Shown here: one piece after another, positions 21,572 through 30,927 of the stretch | How positions within the stretch are numbered: position 1 is the first letter of the stretch | Layout of the letters: each line of letters starts with the position of its first letter | DNA from: Methanomassiliicoccales archaeon | Lineage (GTDB): Archaea; Thermoplasmatota; Thermoplasmata; Methanomassiliicoccales; UBA472 | Length of the DNA: 64,000 nt | Assembly (NCBI GenBank): GCA_036504055.1 | Contig: DASXVU010000045.1 | Coordinates: 6,147-70,146, forward strand | Direction of reading: 5' to 3' | Translations under genes and position numbers: made by a program | Notes under the pieces: generated by a model | Databases searched by the model: none | What the model was told of the DNA's origin: nothing | What the model saw: the letters and a program-made list of their open reading frames with translations, nothing else

Positions 21572-22237
21572 TCATCGCTTTTCCCTTGGACGACCGCAGG
21601 ACATCTTGCCTTCGGGACATGGCCCACGAACGCACCCCGGCCCGGCATCCCTGAAGATGGAAGGGGATACCTTGAGCACCTCATCGAGCATCAGGTCCGC
21701 CACTTCCCTTATCTCCCACTGGGCCCGGCTGCAGCATCTCATCGTGAAGAAGTGCAGCAATTCCCTGGCATTCATCGTGACCATGATGTTGGTGGTGCAG
21801 GCGTTCGGGAGAACGTAGCGGGCATCCTCGACCGGGACCAGCTCGGCCAGCCTCCGGTAGGCTTCCCAGGCCTGGTCCATTGCCTCCTCGAACCTTTTCT
21901 CCGCCTCCGGTTTGCCCTTTACGGTCGGTGGGACGACGTAATCGGGGGTGAGCAGGGATACGTATCGCTGGGACTGCTGGGAGAAGGATGCCAATCGGTG
22001 ACGCACCAGTTGATGGGTCATTGCCCTGGAAACGCCCTCCAGCGAGAAAGTGTAGTAGGCGTGCTCGATGATCGAATGATGCCCCATCCCCACCACGTTG
22101 TCGATGAACTTGCCGGCCTTGGCGGCGTCGACATTCTCCAGTATCTTTGACGGGACGTCGGAGGAATAACAGGTCCTGGCGGCGGTAGCGCAGAGCACCT
22201 CCGCCTGGTTGGTGTATGACAGCAGCTTGACCTTCAT
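21572..22237 (-). CDS. thyX: FAD-dependent thymidylate synthase
   Basis: The ThyX motif is RHRLASFSQQSQRY. I moved the start to the ATG at 22237 (MKVKLLSYT). The track start at 22312 would overlap the upstream gene. Confidence 0.9.
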   Translation of the reverse strand: MKVKLLSYTNQAEVLCATAARTCYSSDVPSKILENVDAAKAGKFIDNVVGMGHHSIIEHAYYTFSLEGVSRAMTHQLVRHRLASFSQQSQRYVSLLTPDYVVPPTVKGKPEAEKRFEEAMDQAWEAYRRLAELVPVEDARYVLPNACTTNIMVTMNARELLHFFTMRCCSRAQWEIREVADLMLDEVLKVSPSIFRDAGPGCVRGPCPEGKMSCGRPREKR

Positions 22238-22277
22238 GGACCCTAGGAGATTCGCTACCGGATGATTAATCCTTCCG

Positions 22278-22991
22278 TCACTCGCTCTGGACCGTGAACT
22301 GGATATGTGCATCGGAGGTGCCGGACCCGCTATGGACGTCCTTGACCTGGATCTCCTTGAGCGCCTTCAGACGGATCACCTCAACATCTGGACGGTTGAT
22401 CAGGGACAGTATCCCGTCGACGTGCCCATCCCCGACCACGGCGACCACACTGCCGAACTGCGTTTCGGCGGACATTATTCGGGCACCCATGAGCTGGTTC
22501 CGCTCGTCGATGAGCACACGCTTGATGGTGGGGAACTCCTGGCCCATCTGCTCCAGGTAGGTGGCCTCGTTCTCCTGGAAGCTCTCGATCTCGTTGTCGA
22601 TGCGCTTGCGGCTCATGAGAAGCCCTCCCAAGCTCGACACCATGAGCAGAACCCTCTCCCGGAACGACATCTCCTGCCAGAGCCGGTTGAACAGGTTCCC
22701 CGCCTCGGCGTCGATCAACAGAAGGGCAGCGTTGATCTCCTTGGCCTCGTCCGCGGCCGCCAGCATCTCGTTGCCAACCGCTCCCCCGTACTGATGGGCC
22801 ATGCGCCTCTGCATGAACGCCAGCAGTCTGTACGGCAACGGCACATCCCCTCGCTGCCGGGGATGACGGAGGGCCTCGTACCGTTCTTGGTCGAGCTCGA
22901 TGCACACCGCACCCGGGACCCTTTCCCGGATCACCTGTTTCACCTGTGCTGCGATGTCGAAGACGTGCCCGACCCCGACTAGCGTTATCAT
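22278..22991 (-). CDS. TraB/PrgY-family protein
   Basis: TraB family blocks are present: ITLVGVGHVF...PGAVCIELDQERYEAL, GNEMLAAADEA and VVAVVGDGHVDGI. Confidence 0.75.
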   Translation of the reverse strand: MITLVGVGHVFDIAAQVKQVIRERVPGAVCIELDQERYEALRHPRQRGDVPLPYRLLAFMQRRMAHQYGGAVGNEMLAAADEAKEINAALLLIDAEAGNLFNRLWQEMSFRERVLLMVSSLGGLLMSRKRIDNEIESFQENEATYLEQMGQEFPTIKRVLIDERNQLMGARIMSAETQFGSVVAVVGDGHVDGILSLINRPDVEVIRLKALKEIQVKDVHSGSGTSDAHIQFTVQSE

Positions 22992-23072
22992 GCTGATGCC
23001 AATGGATTCGAGGTTATTATAAGGCTACCCTCTGCGTTCAGCTGGCCACGCGGATTCGCCATAGCGCCGGTT

Positions 23073-24776
23073 TCACCTGCCGCTTTTCCCCTTCTTCCTT
23101 GCCGATCGCCTCTTGCTCCGCAGGACCAGGAAGGCTCCGAGCACTATGGCCAGGATTGCCGCCCCTCCGACCGCGAACCACGCCCAGTCATTGTTCGTGG
23201 TGGCCACCACGGTGTTGTCGGTCACTTTGTTCCCCAAGCTCGTTCCATCGACGTTGATGGCCTCGCCGTTGTTCAGGCAGGTGTTTTTTGCGATGGCGTT
23301 GTCAGCGCACCCCTGGAGGACCTGGATGCCCTTACCTTTGTTATCATTGCAGATATTGGACTCGATGGAGTTGTTGCCGCAATCCAGGTAAAGGAATATT
23401 CCAGTTGCCACGTTCTCGTCACAGGTGTTGCCCATGACGGAATTGTTGGAGCTCCCGTTGTACAGGTATATCCCATAGTAACCGTTCATCCGGCAATGGT
23501 TCTCAGATATCGTGGTGTGGTTTGACGAGTACAGGTAGACGCCGTAGTGGCCGTTGTTGTCGCAGTCGTTGGTGCTGACCAGGTTCTCGGTGCCTGAAGA
23601 ATAGAGGAAAATGCCTACCTCAGAATTCCCGTCGCACACGTTCGATCGGACCGTGTTATTGATGCTGGCACTGTACAGGTAGACGCCGTAGTGTGTGTTG
23701 TAGTTGCAGGTATTGCCGGCGATCAGGTTGGACCAGGAGCTGTACAGGTAAACCCCATAGAAGCTGTTGGATCCGCACTCATTGTCCTTCACGGTGTTAG
23801 AATGGGATCCGCCCAGGAAGATCCCGTAGTACTTGTTCCCATTGCAGACGTTGGAGGAAACGGTGTCACCGCTGGCAGTGTCCAGGAATATCCCGTAATA
23901 ACCGTTGTCGTTGCAGGTGTTCTGGGAAACGACGGTGGAATTGCTCCCTTCCAGCGTGATCCCGCTCAAGGTCGAGCCGGTGCAGGAGTTGCCGGTTACG
24001 GTGCAGTTTTCGGAAATTCCCAGGAGTATTCCGTGACCGTCGCTCTTACAGACGTTCGCGGCGACGGTGTTCGATCCGGAACGGAATAGATAGATCCCGT
24101 ATCCTTCAGCGCTGCAGACATTTCCGGTTATCGCGTTGCTTTTGCTGGACCCAGCCAGGTATATTCCGGTATTGGCGTTGCCGCTGCAGATGTTGTTACG
24201 GATCGTCCCGGAACTGGACCCGTATAGGTTGATCCCGTCGTAACCGTTGTTGTCGCAGGTATTGTTCTCCAGCATGGAAAAGTTCGAACCATACACGAAG
24301 ATGCCTTCGCTGTTCCCATCGCAGAGGTTGTTATGGACCGTCGCTACGCCTGAAACGTTCAGTACCGTGATTCCCGCACCGTAGCTGTAAGGGTAATCGT
24401 TGGCGGGGGCGCTGGCCGCGCCGGAGATCGAACAGTTGGCAATGACAAAGCACAGCGTGACATTACCGATGTAGATGCCGTTGTACGAACCGGTCGCGTT
24501 GATGTCGAGGTTCTGGATGATGTATGGGCTCCCGATCGAACCGGTACCCGACCATCCTTCGACGGTCGCCTGGGCGACAAGGTCCGCATCACCATCGATC
24601 CGGATGGGGGCGTGTGCGTTGAGGCTGGTCAACTCGGTGAGGGTGGTCCCCGCCCCGGTGCCGTTGAGGTCTGTGACCGCGGTAGAGTGACCGGACGGGA
24701 CCGCCATCAACAGCATAGCGAACAGTAACGTCGAAATAATCGCCACCTGCGATGCTTGGATTGGATCCTTTCTCAT
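23073..24776 (-). CDS. Secreted right-handed parallel beta-helix (PbH1/NosD-like) repeat protein with a C-terminal TM anchor
   Basis: A signal-like N-terminus (MRKDPIQASQVAIISTLLFAMLLMAV) is followed by ~16 consecutive 22-24-aa coils of pattern N-x-C-x2-N-x3-G-I/V-x-L. A C-terminal hydrophobic helix and a basic tail follow. The start is ATG at 24776, and the track TTG start at 24806 is also possible. Confidence 0.8.
   Translation of the reverse strand: MRKDPIQASQVAIISTLLFAMLLMAVPSGHSTAVTDLNGTGAGTTLTELTSLNAHAPIRIDGDADLVAQATVEGWSGTGSIGSPYIIQNLDINATGSYNGIYIGNVTLCFVIANCSISGAASAPANDYPYSYGAGITVLNVSGVATVHNNLCDGNSEGIFVYGSNFSMLENNTCDNNGYDGINLYGSSSGTIRNNICSGNANTGIYLAGSSKSNAITGNVCSAEGYGIYLFRSGSNTVAANVCKSDGHGILLGISENCTVTGNSCTGSTLSGITLEGSNSTVVSQNTCNDNGYYGIFLDTASGDTVSSNVCNGNKYYGIFLGGSHSNTVKDNECGSNSFYGVYLYSSWSNLIAGNTCNYNTHYGVYLYSASINNTVRSNVCDGNSEVGIFLYSSGTENLVSTNDCDNNGHYGVYLYSSNHTTISENHCRMNGYYGIYLYNGSSNNSVMGNTCDENVATGIFLYLDCGNNSIESNICNDNKGKGIQVLQGCADNAIAKNTCLNNGEAINVDGTSLGNKVTDNTVVATTNNDWAWFAVGGAAILAIVLGAFLVLRSKRRSARKKGKSGR
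23214..24332 (-). repeat. Tandem ~69-bp (23-codon) periodicity encoding the beta-helix coils
   Basis: The periodicity is seen in the translation (NNICSGNANTGIYLAGSSKSNAIT / GNVCSAEGYGIYLFRSGSNTVA / ANVCKSDGHGILLGISENCTVT ...). The copies are diverged at the DNA level. Confidence 0.7.
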
Positions 24777-24908
24777 TTCAACACGTCCTAGTGCCGATAG
24801 TAGCAACTAGTATGTTAAGGGCATTTTTTCTGTTTATTTAGATGTACCGGACTTTGCCTCCAATTGTTTTCACAATCCTTAATATCCTCCTCCTGCCTCG
24901 GTCTGGAT

Positions 24909-25589
24909 ATGACGAAAGAAAGGCATGACTTCGGATTGGTCGCCTTCGACATGGATGGCGTCCTGGTCGATTATGAGTCGTCCTGGACCTGGGTGCACGA
25001 CCATTTCGGGGTCAAGAGCGAAGAGTCGATCAAGGCCTTCGTCAAGGGAGAGATCGACGACATGGAGTTCATGCGTCGTGACATAGGCCTTTGGCTGGCG
25101 AAGAGGCCCAACCTTTGCCTGTCGGACGTCACCACCATCCTGGAACCTTTGCCGATAGTGGAAGGGATCCAAAAGACGGTGGACGAACTAAAATGGCACG
25201 GAATCAAAACGGTCATCGTCAGCGGCGGCCTGGATGTGGTGGCGAGCAAGATCGCCAAGCGTTTCGGGTTCGACGATTGGGTGGCGAACGGTTTCGCCTG
25301 CGACACCTCTGGCAAGCTGACCGGGGAAGGCGTGTTACGGGTGGAACTGTCCAATAAACGCCAGGCAGTGGAGAGGTTCTCATCGATCTACGGTGTCGAC
25401 CGGGAGCACGTCTGCAGCGTCGGCAACAGCTTTATCGACGTGTCTATGTTCGAGGCGTCCAGGCTCAAGATCGCCTTCAACCCGATAGATGACTATGTCG
25501 CTCACCAGGCGAATGTGGTGGTCCGTAGCAACGACCTCTCCGACATCCTGCCCCACATACTAGGCCAGCAGACCGGACTGAAAGGATGA
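24909..25589 (+). CDS. HAD-superfamily hydrolase, subfamily IB (phosphoserine phosphatase-like)
   Basis: The DxD motif is VAFDMDGVLV. Also present are VIVSGG and the late GNSFIDVSMF acidic motif. The start was moved to the ATG at 24909. Confidence 0.7.
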   Translation: MTKERHDFGLVAFDMDGVLVDYESSWTWVHDHFGVKSEESIKAFVKGEIDDMEFMRRDIGLWLAKRPNLCLSDVTTILEPLPIVEGIQKTVDELKWHGIKTVIVSGGLDVVASKIAKRFGFDDWVANGFACDTSGKLTGEGVLRVELSNKRQAVERFSSIYGVDREHVCSVGNSFIDVSMFEASRLKIAFNPIDDYVAHQANVVVRSNDLSDILPHILGQQTGLKG

Positions 25590-25591
25590 GC

Positions 25592-26245
25592 TCACTCCTT
25601 GAACCCGTACTCCCCGATCAGCGGGACGAAGAGAACGGACCCCATGTCCTGCATCTTCATCTCGCCACCGACCTTGGTGATCAGGTACAGCTCCTGGTAG
25701 GTGCGTCCCCCCACCGGGATCAGCATCTTGCCTCCCTCCTTCAGCTGTTCGAAGAGCGGAGGGGGGACGTCGGGCGCGCCGCAGGCGACGCTGATCCGGT
25801 CATAGGGGGCGTAGGCCGGGCACCCCTTCGATCCGTCGGCCACGATGGTGGTGACCACCTCTGCGTATCCGGCCGTCTCCAGGCTAGACCTCGCCCGGTC
25901 GGCCAGCGACTGTATCCTTTCTATGCTGTAGACATGGCCGCCTGGCTTAACCATCTCGCCGATCACGGCCGCATGGTAACCGGAACCGCCCCCGATCTCC
26001 AGCACCTTCAGGCCGGGATGGAGGTCAAGCCCGCTGACCATCATGCCGACCATGTGCGGGGCGGAGATGGTCTGGCCCTCGCCGATGGCGAGCGGAGAAT
26101 CGACATAGGCCGCGCTCTCCATCTCTTTGGGCAGGAAACGGTGCCGTTCCACCTTCTCCATGGCCGCCACCGCCTCTTTGCCATAAGCGTAACCGGACGC
26201 GACCAGCCTGGCTACCATCCTCTTCCGTTCTTGCTCGGTACTCAT
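25592..26245 (-). CDS. pcm: Protein-L-isoaspartate O-methyltransferase
   Basis: The SAM motif is VLEIGGGSGYHAAV. PIMT blocks are QTISAPHMV and PYDRISVACGAPDVP. The start was moved to the ATG at 26245, just after the upstream gene ends at 26253. Confidence 0.9.
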   Translation of the reverse strand: MSTEQERKRMVARLVASGYAYGKEAVAAMEKVERHRFLPKEMESAAYVDSPLAIGEGQTISAPHMVGMMVSGLDLHPGLKVLEIGGGSGYHAAVIGEMVKPGGHVYSIERIQSLADRARSSLETAGYAEVVTTIVADGSKGCPAYAPYDRISVACGAPDVPPPLFEQLKEGGKMLIPVGGRTYQELYLITKVGGEMKMQDMGSVLFVPLIGEYGFKE

Positions 26246-26252
26246 TGGACCT

Positions 26253-26867
26253 TCAGGAGTATGTCGTCCTGGCCTTCTTGGCGTATATGCGGACGATTTC
26301 CCTGGCCCGCACGGCGCCGCTCTTGGCCATACCACCATCGGACGTCTTGATCGAATGGATGACCACTTCCTCCCTTCCCAGGGTCATCAGGTCCCCGACG
26401 AAGAACTCCTCGTCGGGGGCTGCGGTGATGTCAACAGATAGCGTCTTGCTGCCCTTGTTGACCGCTATTCTTACCCTTACCTTATCAAACTTCTTCGCCC
26501 ATAGAGTGGAAATCTCTTCCGCCTTCGCTTTCATCACGCGGCGGCCGTCGACCTCCAGTCCGGTGATGAGGACCGGCATGTCCTCCACGAACATCTCGTC
26601 CTCATAGGATACCAGATCCCCCTGGGCCATCTCCACCTCGTAACGTTTGGAGCTAGCCATTTCTGAGACGATGATCGGCACGAGGACCGCCTTAGGTTCC
26701 CTGACCACCGTCGTATAGATCTTCCCGCATTGCTGGCATTTGACCGTTGTCTCCAGCACGTCCCCTTCCTTGCTGATCTTGCCCCTCAGCACCTCGTGCA
26801 CTGTCTTCTCTCCGCAGTCCGGACATTCGAGGTTGAGGGCGTTCGGTATGTTCATATCACTCATCAC
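26253..26867 (-). CDS. Archaeal zinc-finger protein (COG1326 / HVO_0476-like)
   Basis: The N-terminal zinc ribbon is CPDCGEKTVHEV...VKCQQCGKIY, followed by a ~150-aa conserved-looking C-terminal domain. Confidence 0.55.
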   Translation of the reverse strand: MMSDMNIPNALNLECPDCGEKTVHEVLRGKISKEGDVLETTVKCQQCGKIYTTVVREPKAVLVPIIVSEMASSKRYEVEMAQGDLVSYEDEMFVEDMPVLITGLEVDGRRVMKAKAEEISTLWAKKFDKVRVRIAVNKGSKTLSVDITAAPDEEFFVGDLMTLGREEVVIHSIKTSDGGMAKSGAVRAREIVRIYAKKARTTYS

Positions 26868-26872
26868 GGCGA

Positions 26873-27478
26873 TTAAGCTCTGTTCTGGATAAATCTATCG
26901 TTTATACGGTCCACCTCGAACGGGGCATCGTGACCCGGGACCACCACGTCGGCGAAGGAAACGATCTTCTTCATGCTCCTTAGTGCGGCCTCTCCATCGC
27001 TGATCACTCCCGGAGGCGCCCAACGCCTCACGTTCTCGAAGGTCGGTATGGCGTCCCCGACTATCGCGTATCTTCGCTCCGCCTCCACGAACACGCTCAT
27101 GGTCCCTGCGGTGTGTCCCGGAGTATGCACCAAGGTGATCCCTGGGTACAGTTCCTGGTCCTCACGGACCTGGACATACCGTCGATCGGGGCCCTCCATC
27201 CAATGGGCCATTTGTATCGCGTAACCGAACAGGTCATTGTTGGAACAGTGGTCCGAATGCAGGTGGGTGTTGACGACTATGTCCACCTGGTCCGGGTCGA
27301 TCTCGTTGGCGGACAATGCGTCGATCACACGGGGGCGGTACTCGCTGTCGCTGGAATCTACGATCATGACATGTTCGGGCCAGGTGACCACGGTGACCGA
27401 CGAATGGGCTTCCAGGATCACCTTGCCTTCCCTGACGATGCGGCCTTGGCACAGGACCTTCACCTGTATTGGCGTCAT
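26873..27478 (-). CDS. MBL-fold metallo-hydrolase
   Basis: The motif THLHSDHCSNN (HxHxDH), a downstream HTPGHT and a late PGH are present. Confidence 0.8.
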   Translation of the reverse strand: MTPIQVKVLCQGRIVREGKVILEAHSSVTVVTWPEHVMIVDSSDSEYRPRVIDALSANEIDPDQVDIVVNTHLHSDHCSNNDLFGYAIQMAHWMEGPDRRYVQVREDQELYPGITLVHTPGHTAGTMSVFVEAERRYAIVGDAIPTFENVRRWAPPGVISDGEAALRSMKKIVSFADVVVPGHDAPFEVDRINDRFIQNRA

Positions 27479-28404
27479 TTCAATGATGATTCAAATCCAC
27501 AGGAGCACTTAATATTGTTTCCCTTCCACTTGGGGCGGCCGCCGCACTTGGGGCAGACCGCGTGCTCGGCGAAATAATCCAGCCAAGCGTTCCGGATGTC
27601 CGGATTTGTCTCCCCGCGGATGTGGTCCAGTGCATCCTTGAGCTCCTTGGTCGTCGCCAGGGACTCGAGGTCGGTGACGTCCACCGCCCGAGGCGTCTTG
27701 GCCAGTGATTGCGGGTACAGATGCGCCACCAGCATGCCAGCGAGGAAACCACCGAAGTGGGCCCCGAAACCGACACCGCCCCCCACAAGGGCGCTGGGGG
27801 TCGAGAATGCCAGGAACACCTGCCAAGCGAACCATGACCCGACCGCCAGCCACACCGAGACGGCTGGCAGGAATATGATCAGCAGGAACATGGGAACCTT
27901 GTCCCGCGGATAGAGCAGCAGCATTGCGCCCATGACGCCGGCGATGGCGCCCGAAGCACCGATCAGAAGGCTGTTCGAACCGCTCAGAACGACCGACTCG
28001 ACCAGAGTGCCTGCAACGCCGGCGATGAGATAAGTGGCGATGAACTTGTTCTTGCCCACCCGCTCCTCGTAGGAATTGCCGATGAGGAACAGGAATAGCA
28101 TGTTCCCGATGACGTGGAAGAAGTTCGCGTGGATGAACAGGTTGGTGAATATCGTATAGAGATGGCTCTGGTCGTTCGTGAAATAGGACGACCTGAACCC
28201 AAGGTCGGTCTGCACCGCGGTCAGCCCGCCGGAGAATGGTGTCAATGGAGCCAGAAGTGTCAGCATGAAGACGGCGAGGTTGGCCACTACCAGGACGTTG
28301 GTGTAGCTGAACCTCCTCATGAACCCGACCGCCATTGCCACCAGCATCACGACTACCGCAAGTATCGACAGAATGTCCATGGGCTCGGACGCCACCAAGC
28401 GCAC
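27475..28404 (-). CDS. Rhomboid-family intramembrane serine protease with a C-terminal cytoplasmic Zn-ribbon
   Basis: Rhomboid motifs are HANFFHVIGNMLFL, the catalytic GASGAIAGVMG and AHFGGFLAG. The tail is CPKCGGRPKWKGNNIKCSCGFES. The ATGA overlap links it to the downstream MBL gene. Confidence 0.85.
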   Translation of the reverse strand: MRLVASEPMDILSILAVVVMLVAMAVGFMRRFSYTNVLVVANLAVFMLTLLAPLTPFSGGLTAVQTDLGFRSSYFTNDQSHLYTIFTNLFIHANFFHVIGNMLFLFLIGNSYEERVGKNKFIATYLIAGVAGTLVESVVLSGSNSLLIGASGAIAGVMGAMLLLYPRDKVPMFLLIIFLPAVSVWLAVGSWFAWQVFLAFSTPSALVGGGVGFGAHFGGFLAGMLVAHLYPQSLAKTPRAVDVTDLESLATTKELKDALDHIRGETNPDIRNAWLDYFAEHAVCPKCGGRPKWKGNNIKCSCGFESSLK

Positions 28405-28448
28405 CGCCGCTTAATATTATTTCGCAATCATCTCCAGGACAAGGGCCA

Positions 28449-29075
28449 ATGGATTTATCCGCCCACCGGGGAATGATGTCAGGAGAGACGCATATGAAAC
28501 TGGATACGTCGATAGTGGTGAACTGCCCGGAGAGCGTATACTGCCCTTCCGACGACACGTTCCTGCTCATCGACGCGCTGGAGATCGTTCCCGGGGACCG
28601 GGCCTTGGAGATAGGATGCGGCAGCGGCCTCGTCTCTTTGCATCTGGCCAAGGCGGGTGCGACCGTGACCGCGGTCGACGTGAACCAGGAGGCGGCGTTC
28701 TGCGCCAAGGCGGCCGCCGGCCTTAACGGCCTAAGGCTCGATGTGATCCGTTCGGACCTGTTCCAGAACGTCAAAGGCTGTTTCGACCTCATCGTCTTCA
28801 ATCCGCCCTATCTCCGGGGAGAGGGCACCGAAGTGAGCGACCTTGCCTGGGCTGGAGGCAGGACCGGCACGGAGACCCTGGGAAGGTTCCTGGAACAGGC
28901 CCCACCGCATCTCAACCAGAACGGAAGGATCGTGGTGATCGTCTCTTCCGACATGGAACAGACCATGCTCAAGGTTATGCTCGATCCATTCCGCATAAAG
29001 GAGCTGCGGGCCCAGCACCTCTTCTTCGAGGAGCTTCGGGTGTTGGAGCTGGTGCCCCGCGAGATCATGTGCTGA
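28449..29075 (+). CDS. HemK-related / Mtq2-type N5-glutamine methyltransferase
   Basis: The SAM motif is ALEIGCGSGLVSL and the catalytic motif is FNPPY. The track start at 28335 overlaps the divergent rhomboid gene. The ATG at 28449 follows a ttaatattatt TATA-like box. ATG at 28473 and ATG at 28494 are alternatives. Confidence 0.75.
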   Translation: MDLSAHRGMMSGETHMKLDTSIVVNCPESVYCPSDDTFLLIDALEIVPGDRALEIGCGSGLVSLHLAKAGATVTAVDVNQEAAFCAKAAAGLNGLRLDVIRSDLFQNVKGCFDLIVFNPPYLRGEGTEVSDLAWAGGRTGTETLGRFLEQAPPHLNQNGRIVVIVSSDMEQTMLKVMLDPFRIKELRAQHLFFEELRVLELVPREIMC

Positions 29076-30927
29076 GCAGCTTCTCTATCTCCTTCTTCAG
29101 GATCTCGCTGATGGTCTTGCCGTCCACCTTGCCGCGAAGCTCCGCCATGGCCGGGGCCATGAGCGGTCCGATGGCGCCCATCTTCTTCTCCCGGACGAAG
29201 TGCTCCCGCTCCCTGACCAGTTTGGATATGATCGCGCTCGCCTCACCGCTGTCCACCTGGGTGATGCCCAGCGCATCGATGGAGGCTTTGACGCCCTTCC
29301 CTTCGGCAACGTGCCTCAATAGGTCTGGTAACGCCTCCTTCGTGAACTTCCCCTTGGCCAAAGCGTCAAAAAGTTCCCGGACGGAGGTGTCGGTAATGGA
29401 GGAGACGTCCACGCCCTCCTTCTCCAGTTCCGGGTAGGTGTTCAGGAAGGTACGTGCAGCCACCCCGGCCTGGTCCCTCCCGGCCAGTTCCTCGAAGAGC
29501 TGCTCGAACCCTTCCCTGACTATCTGGGCCGCCTGCTGCTTGTGGATCCCGTATGCAGTGACGAAGCGGTTGATGGTCTGCTCGGGCAATTCCGGCAGGT
29601 TGGCGCCGATCTCGGCCATGCGTTCCGGCGAGATCGGGATCGGCCTGACATCCGTCTCCGGATACATCCTTCCCGCACCGGGCAATGGTCTGGAGAATGC
29701 GCTGCCTCCATCCGGCTGCGGGTCCCGGGTCTCCTCCGGGACACCATCCAATGCCGTCCTGGCCCGCTCCGCCACCGCCCTCAGCGCCGCGTCCGCCTTG
29801 GCCGCATCGTCGGCGCAGATGGCAAAGGCGTCCTCTTCCCCCAATCCCATCGCGTCTCGTAGCTCGCCCACCGTCTCCGGCGTTATGCCGTAACCGGGCA
29901 GCTCGTCCGAATGGAAGATGCCCATGACGCCCCGGGTACGGGCATGCTGGGCCATCTCCGCGCCAAGTCGGAGCCTGCCGTCCTGGCTCTTCATGACCCC
30001 GACGAAACCAGGCAGCTTGATGCCCAGCACCCTTCCGCTCTTGGCCAGCGCTGAGGTTATTACCTTTGACTTGGATGAGGCGAATATCGCTGTATAGTCC
30101 ATCACCTCCCCTGAGACCTGGGTCACGCCCCTCTCGCGAAGCATGTCCCGTATCTTCAGCAGCGAGCCCTGTCTCTCCACCTCCTTTTCGACATATGTCG
30201 GAAGCAGCTTGAGGTCCTGTACGCCCTTTATCTCGACGCGTGCGCCGCCTGGTATCGAGATATTGACATCCTCCCGTATCGTTCCCAATCCTCGCTTCAC
30301 CTTCTTGGTGGCCCTCAGGATCGAGCCGAGCCTCTGTGCGACGTCCCTGACCATCTCACCATCGTGCATGTCCGGGCCGGTGGCGATCTCGATCAGAGGT
30401 ATCCCTAGACGGTCCAGGCGATAGGTGACCTCGTTCGCCTTGGTCTCGACCTTGCGCGCAGCATCCTCTTCCAGACAGACCGAAAGGATGGATATCTGTT
30501 TCCCGTTGACCTCCAGCACCCCATCTGTCGATATCAGGGCGGTCCTCTGGAAACCGGAGGTGTTCGAGCCGTCGATGACGATCTTCCTCATGTAATGCAC
30601 TTCGTCGACCGGCCTGGCCCTGAGCAAGGCTGACACGATGAGCGATGCCTGGACCGCGTCCCTGTCCGCATCGTGGGGAGGTTCTTCATCCGCCTCCACC
30701 AGACAGCATCTGGACGGAGGGGCCTGGTACCTGAAGCTCATCTTCCTGGCCGCCTGTGCCAGCACAGCTCGGTCTATCTCGCCCAGCTCCGATTGCGACG
30801 GCCTGAGCCGGCGCAGCAGGGTAGCCCCTTCTTCCTCCACCAGCTCGGATTCGCATGAACAGAACAGCTTCTTCGTGCTTAGCTGCTGGTGTATCTCGAT
30901 TCCGCAGGTGAGCTGGTGTTCAGTCAT
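29065..30927 (-). CDS. gatE: Glutamyl-tRNA(Gln) amidotransferase subunit E
   Basis: The N-terminus is LTCGIEIHQQLSTKKLFCSC. The 620-aa length and the overlap with gatD support the call. Confidence 0.9.
   Translation of the reverse strand: MTEHQLTCGIEIHQQLSTKKLFCSCESELVEEEGATLLRRLRPSQSELGEIDRAVLAQAARKMSFRYQAPPSRCCLVEADEEPPHDADRDAVQASLIVSALLRARPVDEVHYMRKIVIDGSNTSGFQRTALISTDGVLEVNGKQISILSVCLEEDAARKVETKANEVTYRLDRLGIPLIEIATGPDMHDGEMVRDVAQRLGSILRATKKVKRGLGTIREDVNISIPGGARVEIKGVQDLKLLPTYVEKEVERQGSLLKIRDMLRERGVTQVSGEVMDYTAIFASSKSKVITSALAKSGRVLGIKLPGFVGVMKSQDGRLRLGAEMAQHARTRGVMGIFHSDELPGYGITPETVGELRDAMGLGEEDAFAICADDAAKADAALRAVAERARTALDGVPEETRDPQPDGGSAFSRPLPGAGRMYPETDVRPIPISPERMAEIGANLPELPEQTINRFVTAYGIHKQQAAQIVREGFEQLFEELAGRDQAGVAARTFLNTYPELEKEGVDVSSITDTSVRELFDALAKGKFTKEALPDLLRHVAEGKGVKASIDALGITQVDSGEASAIISKLVREREHFVREKKMGAIGPLMAPAMAELRGKVDGKTISEILKKEIEKLLST

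Noticed and set aside
27509-28801. 430-aa minus-strand ORF spanning the rhomboid gene, the intergenic promoter and the methyltransferase gene.
   Set aside because: It is out of frame with the well-supported rhomboid gene and antisense to the FNPPY methyltransferase. The translation is Arg/Pro/Gly-rich with no motifs.
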